Positions 30,269 to 38,889 of a DNA stretch of 64,000 nt are shown in pieces. The translations under genes and the position numbers were made by a program. The notes beneath the pieces are model-generated. The model was not told where the DNA came from. It saw only the letters and a list, made by a program, of their open reading frames with translations, and ran no database searches. This DNA is from a virus: the IMG/VR virus record IMGVR_UViG_3300042447_000691, one strand, 5' to 3'. Within the stretch, counting starts at the first letter, position 1. Every line of letters begins with the position of its first letter.

Positions 30269-30861
30269 ATTCCTGTGCTTCCAAATCCATTATTATTACG
30301 ATCCTTTTCACCAATCTCTTCCACCTTAACTAAGTCAACCCATTTCCCATTAACAACAGGACAAAGAACTGCTTGTGCAATTTTTTGACCTTTTTCTATT
30401 TTAATTCTTTCGTTTGTTGTATTGAAGATAATAACTTTAATTTCTCCCTGGTATCCACTATCAACAGTTCCTGGTGAGTTTAATACCATCAATCCTTGAT
30501 TTAATGCTAAACCACTTTTAGATCTAACTTGGATTTCATAACCATCAGGAATGTCGAACCTTAATCCTGTCGGTATTAATTTTCTATCGTTAGCCTGAAC
30601 CCATAATTCTTCCGTAGATCTTAAATCAAATCCTGAGTCGGAACCGTAAGCATATTCGGGTTCTTTATTGTCAGAATCACTTGTATAATTTAACGTTAGT
30701 TTTGTCTCAAACTGTTTTTCAAATTGTTCGTTAAGTTGGTTAAAATCAATCCCTAACGAATTTAAAAACCCTTCTGAGTCCTCCATGTCTAAACCTGAAC
30801 CTGTCGACTGTAATTTTCGTAATACTTCAACTTGGTTTCTTAAATTTTCTAAATCTTCCAT
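30265..30861 (-). CDS. dut: Trimeric dUTPase with acidic N-terminal extension
   Basis: SGFDL, RSKSGLA, GTVDSGYQGEI, AQAV, GFGSTG. Confidence 0.95.
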   Translation of the reverse strand: MEDLENLRNQVEVLRKLQSTGSGLDMEDSEGFLNSLGIDFNQLNEQFEKQFETKLTLNYTSDSDNKEPEYAYGSDSGFDLRSTEELWVQANDRKLIPTGLRFDIPDGYEIQVRSKSGLALNQGLMVLNSPGTVDSGYQGEIKVIIFNTTNERIKIEKGQKIAQAVLCPVVNGKWVDLVKVEEIGEKDRNNNGFGSTGI

Positions 30862-31589
30862 TATTTTAATTCTTTTAATTTTTTTATGAATTGTATTAAT
30901 ACATCAACATCTTTTTCGCAATATTCAGCAATTTCTGATAGTCTATTACCGCTCCAATATGCTTCGTGAACCATACCACCATTTATATCTCCATCTTTAG
31001 GTGTTAGTATATCTAATGTCGCACAAACCAAATCTAAAGATCCGATAGCGGTATATGATCCATATTGCCAAATTTCTTTTGTGTCGATAGCTTTAACTTC
31101 CCAAGGCTTGGTGTCGTAAGATGGTAATAACTTAGACGGTAAAATTCCGTTTATTATCATTCTTTTTGCCAACATAGGAATATCAAAGTTCTTTAAGTTA
31201 TGACCACAAAGATAAAAATCTAACTTTTGACATCTGTCAAGTAAGTTTCTAACCTGAAGTAGCAACTCTTTTTCGTCGTCACCTGAAAAGGTTTGTTTTT
31301 TTACTTCTCCATTTTCCATAACAAAAGCCATCGACACACAAACGATCTTTGCGAACTCAGGAACAAGTGCTGTACGTTTTGAATATACATCATTCATTTT
31401 TTGAAGTTCTTCCTCCAACCCATCGGTTTCATAATTGTCTTCAGGAAATCTTTTTAAAAACCAATCAAAATATTTAACAAATTGTTCGGCAATTTTTGGA
31501 TTACTTTCTTGACATGTTGACCAATCTTTACAAACACCGACCGTTTCAATGTCTAAGAATAAAATTTTTGTTATAGGTATGTTTATCAT
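30861..31589 (-). CDS. PolB-related 3'-5' exonuclease (DEDDy)
   Basis: FLDIET, GHNLKNFDIP, YCEKDV. Confidence 0.85.
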   Translation of the reverse strand: MINIPITKILFLDIETVGVCKDWSTCQESNPKIAEQFVKYFDWFLKRFPEDNYETDGLEEELQKMNDVYSKRTALVPEFAKIVCVSMAFVMENGEVKKQTFSGDDEKELLLQVRNLLDRCQKLDFYLCGHNLKNFDIPMLAKRMIINGILPSKLLPSYDTKPWEVKAIDTKEIWQYGSYTAIGSLDLVCATLDILTPKDGDINGGMVHEAYWSGNRLSEIAEYCEKDVDVLIQFIKKLKELK

Positions 31590-32797
31590 TTTACTAAGGA
31601 TTTATATAATTCTGCTCTATCTTTTGTTACTTTATTTAAATCATAGGTATCTTTAACTGTCTCATAAAGACGTTGACCTAAATCGTATGCCCAATTAGGG
31701 TTCTCGATTAATTTTTTCATATATTTTGACCAATCACCATTTCTAACCTCATCAACTAAAAGTGCGTTCCCATCAACAAAGTTACCGTTTTGTAATGAAT
31801 GTTTCAAGTCGATCGTATAAGGACCCACGTTTGAGGCGATAATCGCTTTCTTATAGAACCCAGCTTCAATTACTTTTAGTTGTGATTTTACTCTATTAAA
31901 GATATGGTTTTTGATTGGTGCAAGTGATACATCAAACCATCTGTAGTTTGTTGCGTAAGTTGTAACGGGTTTTGTCCATACACGGTTATAAAATGGTAGC
32001 ACATCTGAAACGTAACTCTCATCTTTAAACTTCATTAAATATTCTTTATGTTTTGGGTCGACCATGTTATATCTGTCCGTAAAGATTTCTTCGTAACGAG
32101 CCCAAACAGTTTCTTCAGGTTTAATCTCTCTTTGTTTTTGTTCTCCTGTTTGTTGATTAATTTCTGTAACAGTACCTCTTGTATCAAAACCACAAAGATA
32201 CATACTAAAATTATCTTTTAATGGTTTTAATTTATTAATTGTGCCATCTAATAATTTAAGATCATGTAAGTGAGACGACCCACCTAACCACCCAAACCTT
32301 AATTTATCTGAAGGTAACGTTTCTGCTTGGAATTGTGGTTCTTTTGGATTAATCGCATTTGGTAGTATATATACGTTTTTATTATATTTACTAATTTCTG
32401 TTGCGAATATGGACGTTGTTGTAATAACATGATTAGCAACTTTCATATTAGCCAATATTTTCTCATGTAGTTTATTTTGAATAACCAATTGATGAACAGG
32501 ATGTTCTTTAGTTGGTAACCAATAGTCATCTAAATCCATAATGGTAACAATACCCATACTATTTAGGTTTTGTATTATGGTTGGTGCTTGGTTATAATCT
32601 TGACCAATAGATCTATGAAAATGTACGATGTCGTATTGTTTCCAATAGTTAACATCATTTATTCTTGGTTCGTAATCAATGTCTACGTGAAAATCATCTG
32701 AATGATTATTTTGTAACATAACATGGGGGTCAATAGACCTGAATTTTCCTACTCCCGTTTTATCACTTGGGAGAACTAATACTTTAATTTTACTCAT
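31586..32797 (-). CDS. Glycosyltransferase, GT-B (GT4-like)
   Basis: DLDDYW, GWLGGSSH..D, APIKNHIFNRVKSQLKVIEAG. Confidence 0.75.
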   Translation of the reverse strand: MSKIKVLVLPSDKTGVGKFRSIDPHVMLQNNHSDDFHVDIDYEPRINDVNYWKQYDIVHFHRSIGQDYNQAPTIIQNLNSMGIVTIMDLDDYWLPTKEHPVHQLVIQNKLHEKILANMKVANHVITTTSIFATEISKYNKNVYILPNAINPKEPQFQAETLPSDKLRFGWLGGSSHLHDLKLLDGTINKLKPLKDNFSMYLCGFDTRGTVTEINQQTGEQKQREIKPEETVWARYEEIFTDRYNMVDPKHKEYLMKFKDESYVSDVLPFYNRVWTKPVTTYATNYRWFDVSLAPIKNHIFNRVKSQLKVIEAGFYKKAIIASNVGPYTIDLKHSLQNGNFVDGNALLVDEVRNGDWSKYMKKLIENPNWAYDLGQRLYETVKDTYDLNKVTKDRAELYKSLVK

Positions 32798-32831
32798 ATA
32801 AAAAATTATTTAAGTAAAATATAACCAATAT

Positions 32832-32863
32832 AAAACAAAAAATCCACCCTTTTAAGGTGGATT
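32832..32863 (-). terminator. Rho-independent terminator
   Basis: AATCCACC/GGTGGATT 8-bp stem, 7-nt loop, followed by TTTTGTTTT on the minus strand; separates the upstream late genes from the glycan operon. Confidence 0.75.
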
Positions 32864-32882
32864 ACGATACTAATAGAAAATA

Positions 32883-33521
32883 TTATTTTTCAAATTTTTT
32901 AACCTTTGTTACTTTACCGATAAACAAAGTGTTACCAACCTTAAATTGGATTGTTTCGTTAGTGTTTGTTGTTGATTCTACAACCATACCCGATTGTTTT
33001 AACTCTTCTCTAACCACATCTCTTACTGTATCTCTAACCACGTCTCTAATCATAGATTTAATTTCGTTTATACTAATGTTAGAGGTATTGTGATTTGTTT
33101 TATCATCTCCGACATTAATATTCTCCGATACATTTTTATTTGGTAAATCCGATATTTTAGTTTTACCCATATTCATTAATCTTTGGGCTCCTTGTATTAC
33201 CTCTTCAGATATTGCGGTTGATGATCCAAGACTACTTGGTTGAACTATTGGTTGTTCAATCATAAGCGCTTTAATCTCATCAGGAAGTTTTGAGTTCATT
33301 ATTCTTGATTGATCCAAAGGTTGTGTTGGATCAGAATATTGTTTTGGTTGTGACTCTTCTTGTAAAAGACCTTCCGGTAAATTATAATTGGCCGGAACTG
33401 AATCAAAATTTTCAACCATAGGTGATGTTGGTCTAGTATCTCCTCTTTTAATTTCACCATGTCTCTCCATGATTTTTTTAGAGACTGCTAGTCTTTGCAT
33501 TAAATCCATTTCATTATTCAT
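32883..33521 (-). CDS. Hypothetical protein
   Basis: 212 aa with the IRDVVRDTVRDVVREE helix. Confidence 0.55.
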   Translation of the reverse strand: MNNEMDLMQRLAVSKKIMERHGEIKRGDTRPTSPMVENFDSVPANYNLPEGLLQEESQPKQYSDPTQPLDQSRIMNSKLPDEIKALMIEQPIVQPSSLGSSTAISEEVIQGAQRLMNMGKTKISDLPNKNVSENINVGDDKTNHNTSNISINEIKSMIRDVVRDTVRDVVREELKQSGMVVESTTNTNETIQFKVGNTLFIGKVTKVKKFEK

Positions 33522-33522
33522 A

Positions 33523-33924
33523 TTATGCTAAATTTTCTTCATTGCCAAAGGTGGCGTTTAATAGAACCCTCGTCATAGTTTTATCCCCATTAGGGTTATA
33601 ACCTGGCCTCATATCTACAAAATTATCTATTGTTGGTTTATATGTAAAGATTTTATCCAATCTAAATAACCTCCAACCAGGAAGAAAGTTTGATTTGTTT
33701 TTCGCACTCCACGACGATCCTTCACTTTCCCATGCCCTTAACACTAAATTGCCTTTTTTACTATAACCTAAACAAACGGGCTCTATTGTTCTATACCCTT
33801 TACCACCATTATCGTTTCCATCATAATAAATTACAATGACTTTTTTATCACGAATACTATTCTGTACGTCGCCAAGAGCTGCCGCTTCAGTAATTAATCC
33901 ACTAAGTGAGTTTAATAGTTTCAC
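33523..33924 (-). CDS. Standalone WYL-domain protein
   Basis: I.Y..G....R.IEPV.LG....LVLRAW...WRLFRLDKI; no N-terminal HTH. Confidence 0.8.
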   Translation of the reverse strand: MKLLNSLSGLITEAAALGDVQNSIRDKKVIVIYYDGNDNGGKGYRTIEPVCLGYSKKGNLVLRAWESEGSSWSAKNKSNFLPGWRLFRLDKIFTYKPTIDNFVDMRPGYNPNGDKTMTRVLLNATFGNEENLA

Positions 33925-34214
33925 GCTACGTTATAATATGGGTTATTGGTTGAATATTTATTCACTTTCAAATCGTCCTTTCTTTCATGAATATCTGTAG
34001 ATGTTCCAGCATTATTATTGTAAACATCAAGATCTCCACCGGTACCTCTACCGATCTTATCTCCGTTAGCGTTAGCGTCTGGATGTACTGTTGAGTATTG
34101 ATTGGTCGTTTTAAAATCATTTCTAGCAAATAACTTTCTTCTTTGTTCTTCAGCAACTGTAGATAATGGATTATCCGGTTGAGAAAATTCTAATTTGTCT
34201 GATTGTGTAGCCAT
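33921..34214 (-). CDS. Hypothetical protein
   Basis: 97-aa ORF coupled to its neighbours. Confidence 0.5.
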   Translation of the reverse strand: MATQSDKLEFSQPDNPLSTVAEEQRRKLFARNDFKTTNQYSTVHPDANANGDKIGRGTGGDLDVYNNNAGTSTDIHERKDDLKVNKYSTNNPYYNVA

Positions 34215-34658
34215 TTATAAAAAATTTATTAGTTTATTTATTTTATTTATTTCTTCTTTTAATGAGTCGACGGTTGTTGTGTGTTTGTCGTTCAAATTAA
34301 AAGAGTTTTTTTCGTGTGAAGATAAAAATTGGTTTTGCATACCCGAATCTGCCTTTAATTTTTTTGAAGATTTAGTGTCTCCTCTCCATACCCTTAGTAC
34401 TTCATCACACCAATTTTTCATTCTATCACCACCATTTAAAATGAATGGTGCGTCTTCTTTATTACCACCATACCCATCAAACCAATTTTTCACTCGTTTT
34501 ATTTGTTGGTAGGTAATTTGTTTTTTTTGTCTTAATTCTTGATTTCTTTTATATCCTTCAGTGTTTGTGTCACCATCGGTTGACCCAAAACAATCCGCAA
34601 GATGTTTTATAAGACTATCAGGGATTATTGCAATATTATTATATAGTTTAGAGTTCAT
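34215..34658 (-). CDS. Hypothetical protein, possibly head-associated
   Basis: IKRVKNWFD..FILNGG..W; C-terminal LKEEINKI helix. Confidence 0.5.
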   Translation of the reverse strand: MNSKLYNNIAIIPDSLIKHLADCFGSTDGDTNTEGYKRNQELRQKKQITYQQIKRVKNWFDGYGGNKEDAPFILNGGDRMKNWCDEVLRVWRGDTKSSKKLKADSGMQNQFLSSHEKNSFNLNDKHTTTVDSLKEEINKINKLINFL

Positions 34659-35391
34659 CTTTAAATAATGATAATAGTTGTTTTGTTGACAAACCTTGTT
34701 TTTTTGCCATATTTTTAAGTGCGTTTATATTCCTAATTAAGATAGGGTTTAAATCTTTATCCGAACCGTCTTTATCTAACACAATATCTTCACCTAAACT
34801 CTCACTTTCATCAATACCTTTTTCTTTTAAAATGAGTCTGTCTATAAAGTTTTTTTTCTTTTTAATATTTTTTGGTGTTCTTTTATGTAAATTTGGTTTT
34901 TTTCCTTGTTGTATAGCTCTTTCTATTGCCGCATCTTTATCTAACCCTAATTCTTTTTGATAATGTTTAACGGTATCGTTGTAGTCCATAAACATGGTAT
35001 CCTCAAAACCAAATGCGTCACCCATGTCCTCTTCTTTTATTTCACCTTCACCATAATACCCATACCAACCTCTTAATAGTGGGTCTCTTGGAGTTCTGGT
35101 TTGACGCACAATTTTATCGGTGATTGATGGGTTATCTTTCATGCCAGAACTTGCAGGATCTAATATTGGGGTTGCGTTTGATAACCAAGTCCCATCATCA
35201 TCAACTAATTCCGTTACCTCAGTTTCTTTTCCTTTAGTTTCTTTTTTTGTTTTTTCTTTAAAGGTTTTCATATCCTTACACGGCATATATATTTTTTTGT
35301 CGTCCTCATTGTGAGAGTGAGATCCAGCACAACCTAAAGTTTTTGAGACCCTTTCTGCACGTTCCTTTGTTGAATATTTATAAGTTTTCAT
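34648..35391 (-). CDS. Hypothetical protein with GC.GSH.H..YMPC motif
   Basis: His/Cys motif recalled from head-associated proteins of large phages; TATTTAT 14 nt upstream. Confidence 0.5.
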   Translation of the reverse strand: MKTYKYSTKERAERVSKTLGCAGSHSHNEDDKKIYMPCKDMKTFKEKTKKETKGKETEVTELVDDDGTWLSNATPILDPASSGMKDNPSITDKIVRQTRTPRDPLLRGWYGYYGEGEIKEEDMGDAFGFEDTMFMDYNDTVKHYQKELGLDKDAAIERAIQQGKKPNLHKRTPKNIKKKKNFIDRLILKEKGIDESESLGEDIVLDKDGSDKDLNPILIRNINALKNMAKKQGLSTKQLLSLFKDEL

Positions 35392-35405
35392 TCAGGCTTT
35401 TACCT

Positions 35406-35431
35406 ATAAATACATCAATTAAAGTATTTAT
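35406..35431. promoter_or_regulatory. Back-to-back divergent TATTTAT late promoters
   Basis: ATAAATA at 35406-35412 (minus) and TATTTAT at 35425-35431 (plus) in the 51-bp strand-switch gap. Confidence 0.55.
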
Positions 35432-35442
35432 CATAAAAAAGA

Positions 35443-37371
35443 ATGCCAAGTCAAAATTTAAATTCTTATTATTACCCAAAATATTCAATGAAGTTGGACT
35501 ACGGTCAATATTTTGATCTAACTTTAGCTTCGGATGAAAGAAGTTATGACGAAGAGGTTGTGTTCTCAACCAAATTAATTGGAGAGGATGATGGGAATAG
35601 GTTACCAATATTTATTGATTTAAATAATTCTGGTACAACCATACAACCAATATTAAATTATGGTGACTACATTTCCGGAAACACATTTGTTTCAAAAAAC
35701 TTTTATAACCCAAAAAATTTAGACTACAGTTGTTATACCGCATATACAGGAATTTGTGATGTTGGTCTTGTTGCTACCGATAATGGGTTGTTTACAAAAA
35801 TGTCAGGAGAAACTTTATATTATATTAAAGGTATAGATAACACCTACAAGTTTCATCCACATTATAGAGATAGTAGGTTTAAAATGCACCCCGTACGAAG
35901 TGTGGTTGAGTCACCAAACATAAAATTTTCAGGAAGACCAAAAGATAGTGTATATAATATTGTATCAAAAAGTGCTAGTACCGTTGGTTACTATCAAGAA
36001 TTATATGGGGGATTCTATCAGGGGTTTTATAAATTAAACGGATACGACTATGAGGTATTTCCAGAAAGAGTAAATAAGGGTTGGTCTGTCGAAATGATGT
36101 TAAAACCAAGAACATTCGAAGAGTATTCTTTAAACCCTATCACCGAACAGTATTTAAATGATATATACCCATCGAATGCCGGTACGTTCTTTTATTTTGG
36201 TACACGATCGGAGAATAAATATTATCACGAAGCCAACGGATCTCCATCATCTGACTCAGGTTACACTAGAATCACAAGTGGATTGACGTGTATTGAGTCT
36301 TGTGCTTGTTCAAATACGGGAGTTACAAACGCAAATTGTATTCACGTTTACCCTAACAACGGATTTACTACGGTACACAATCTTGAATGTAATTGTGGGT
36401 GTGCAAGTACAGACATCGTACCGCTACCAGAAACCGATCCAAAATTTGATGTCTTGTCAAGTGCAATATCTTTAAGGTTTGATGGTTGTCCCGAAAACCC
36501 AAGTATTGCTGTAAAATATTTAAAAATCACAGGAGACTGCGTAACAACAGGGAGTTGTGAAACAACAGGGGTGACTTTCCAAACGGGATACACAATAACT
36601 GAAGTGATATCACAACCAATATATGATTTATGTGGGTTTGATTGTAACGATACCACCGAAGAAAGGTGGGTTATGATTAGTGCGGTCTTTGAAAGGTATC
36701 GATATTTGGAGGATTGTGACTTAGGAAATTTAGGGGGACTTAATGATTTAAGGGTCGTTACAACGCAATCATCAATAGATGGTCAGTCATTTAAACTTAT
36801 AGGTCCACCTGAAACACATTCAGGATCAACACCTGAACCAAAAGTACATAAGATTAGGTTTGACAGAAAATGGTTCGACGAATTGGGTTATAGGTTAGGT
36901 ACATTAAAATTATACGTTAACGGGTATTTGTTTTTAGTTATTGAAGATTTTGAAGAAATTATACCAAGAGAATTAAATACAGAAAAAGAAAAACAGGTTG
37001 GTGTACCATTTAACGTGTCGTTTGGTGGAGGGACTCAAGGATTACATGACCATTTAATTTTTTCTGGTTGTTCAAATCCGTACGGACCATATAGACAAGA
37101 TCCCGAACTATTTCCAAATAACATATTAAGTGCAACCACCTTGTCGGGAATTTCAACAAATATATTATTAGAACAGAATTTTGGTGGAACTTTTATGGGT
37201 GGGATATCTCAATTTAGAATGTATGTAGAACCTTTAAGTTCACCACAAATACAACATAACTTTAGAATATTAAAAGATAAATTTAATTTACTTAATTTTT
37301 GGTGTCCTAATTGCCTTTGTACCAACGAATACATTGATGGTGATTACATTGAATGTGGTTATTTTGAATAA
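35443..37371 (+). CDS. LamG/concanavalin-like structural protein with Cys-rich insert
   Basis: LKLYVNG and FMGGISQFRMY..PLS..QI..NF LamG-type C-terminus. Confidence 0.6.
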   Translation: MPSQNLNSYYYPKYSMKLDYGQYFDLTLASDERSYDEEVVFSTKLIGEDDGNRLPIFIDLNNSGTTIQPILNYGDYISGNTFVSKNFYNPKNLDYSCYTAYTGICDVGLVATDNGLFTKMSGETLYYIKGIDNTYKFHPHYRDSRFKMHPVRSVVESPNIKFSGRPKDSVYNIVSKSASTVGYYQELYGGFYQGFYKLNGYDYEVFPERVNKGWSVEMMLKPRTFEEYSLNPITEQYLNDIYPSNAGTFFYFGTRSENKYYHEANGSPSSDSGYTRITSGLTCIESCACSNTGVTNANCIHVYPNNGFTTVHNLECNCGCASTDIVPLPETDPKFDVLSSAISLRFDGCPENPSIAVKYLKITGDCVTTGSCETTGVTFQTGYTITEVISQPIYDLCGFDCNDTTEERWVMISAVFERYRYLEDCDLGNLGGLNDLRVVTTQSSIDGQSFKLIGPPETHSGSTPEPKVHKIRFDRKWFDELGYRLGTLKLYVNGYLFLVIEDFEEIIPRELNTEKEKQVGVPFNVSFGGGTQGLHDHLIFSGCSNPYGPYRQDPELFPNNILSATTLSGISTNILLEQNFGGTFMGGISQFRMYVEPLSSPQIQHNFRILKDKFNLLNFWCPNCLCTNEYIDGDYIECGYFE

Positions 37372-37394
37372 ACACTATATTTATTAAATAAAAA

Positions 37395-38297
37395 ATGAGT
37401 TTAGTTACAAGACAATATGGACCTGACGCTAAGGGGTCAAAATTAACCAATTTAGATATGGATAATAATTTATATTATCTACAATCTTTAGGTGTGTCTG
37501 GAATGACGTTTTCCGCAAATACTCTTACACTCACAAACCCTACCGGTGGTATAATCGCAAATGCTTTAATTGATATTAATGCTGACAGTAGGTGGTATAT
37601 CCCTTCAGGTAGTACAGTTGAAATTGGTTCGTATTCACAAAGTTTTGTGTATGGTGATCTATATGTTTTAGGTGAATTGATATTAAATGACAATTCTCAA
37701 TTAATAATATTAAATGGTAATTTAATTTTAAGTGGTGGAACTATCACTGTTAGTGGTTCAGGACAAACCGTTTTGGTTGATTTGCCAACATTTGGCGATT
37801 TAATTACTTCAGGGACATACTCTGGAGGGACATTAACATTATCTACAAGTAACGGTACAGATGTTACGGTCAATGGTTTTTTTACCGGAAGTACTGACGT
37901 TTTTACAACAGGAGCATCTTACAATAATGGTATTATTTATTTTGATACTAACGTATCACCTTCAGCATATACTGTTAATATTAGTTCATTAACTGGAGAC
38001 TCAAATACGTTTTTAACAGGAGTCACCTATGATAATTTAACAAATACAATAACTTTAACGGATAATACAAACACTACTTTTAATGCGTATATTGATTCGG
38101 TTAGCGGGCTAACAGTTAACGGTAGTTTAAGTGCAACAACATTACAAACATCAAATACATATATAGAATCAACAGGATACCTTTATTTTGGTGATGATAA
38201 TACCGATGGTTCGTGGAGAATGGGAATATCAGGATCTGACTTCATAGTTGAAAAAAGGGTGAGTGGTAATTGGATAATTTCAGGAACATTTAATTAA
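37395..38297 (+). CDS. Putative tail fibre/structural protein
   Basis: T/S/G-rich beta repeats (G.TY.N.T.TLT), SATT motif, TATTTAT upstream. Confidence 0.55.
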   Translation: MSLVTRQYGPDAKGSKLTNLDMDNNLYYLQSLGVSGMTFSANTLTLTNPTGGIIANALIDINADSRWYIPSGSTVEIGSYSQSFVYGDLYVLGELILNDNSQLIILNGNLILSGGTITVSGSGQTVLVDLPTFGDLITSGTYSGGTLTLSTSNGTDVTVNGFFTGSTDVFTTGASYNNGIIYFDTNVSPSAYTVNISSLTGDSNTFLTGVTYDNLTNTITLTDNTNTTFNAYIDSVSGLTVNGSLSATTLQTSNTYIESTGYLYFGDDNTDGSWRMGISGSDFIVEKRVSGNWIISGTFN

Positions 38298-38303
38298 AAA
38301 GAT

Positions 38304-38789
38304 ATGGGATTTAATACAGATATAATAAGCGCAACAACAATAAGTGGAACAACACTCTATGGTGATGGATCTAATTTAACAGGAATCTCAAGTGGTGGAG
38401 GAACATTTTCTTTAATAGGGAATTCTTTTTTAACAAATAGTGCAGTTAATGGTTCTGCTAGATACATATCTCCGTTAATGTCTCTTGGCATTACTAATAC
38501 TGAATCAGCTAGATCGTTAGTGATTCCCGCCACATTAACAATTGGTAAATTCTACGTATTAACTGGCGGTGTTCAACCGTCAAGTGGTAGCCATGTTTTA
38601 ACAATTAGAAAAAATGGAGTATCAACAAATATTTCTATAACCATTCCTGCAGATAGTGCTAGTGGGGTATTTTCAGATTTAGTAAATACTGAAGTATTTG
38701 CGGAGGGGGACTTATTTACAATACAAGTAGTTAATAATGCGTCTATCAGTGCAGCGGTTATTTATTCAATATCAGTAGCAAACGTATAA
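38304..38789 (+). CDS. Putative fibre-tip/adhesin module
   Basis: SATT..YGDGSNLTGI fibre motif followed by a beta-sandwich-like domain. Confidence 0.5.
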   Translation: MGFNTDIISATTISGTTLYGDGSNLTGISSGGGTFSLIGNSFLTNSAVNGSARYISPLMSLGITNTESARSLVIPATLTIGKFYVLTGGVQPSSGSHVLTIRKNGVSTNISITIPADSASGVFSDLVNTEVFAEGDLFTIQVVNNASISAAVIYSISVANV

Positions 38790-38889
38790 TAATTAATAGA
38801 AATTTTTATTCAACAATGTAATATACATCATAATCTGAAACAAAAAAGAAACAAACACAAAAGTAAAGATATTTATAAATTAAAAAGAC

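Noticed and set aside
35260-35391. MKTY../MKTFKE resemblance to T4 internal-protein capsid-targeting sequences
   Set aside because: Too short to distinguish from chance on its own; the protein is considered only within the broader IxE-tag hypothesis.
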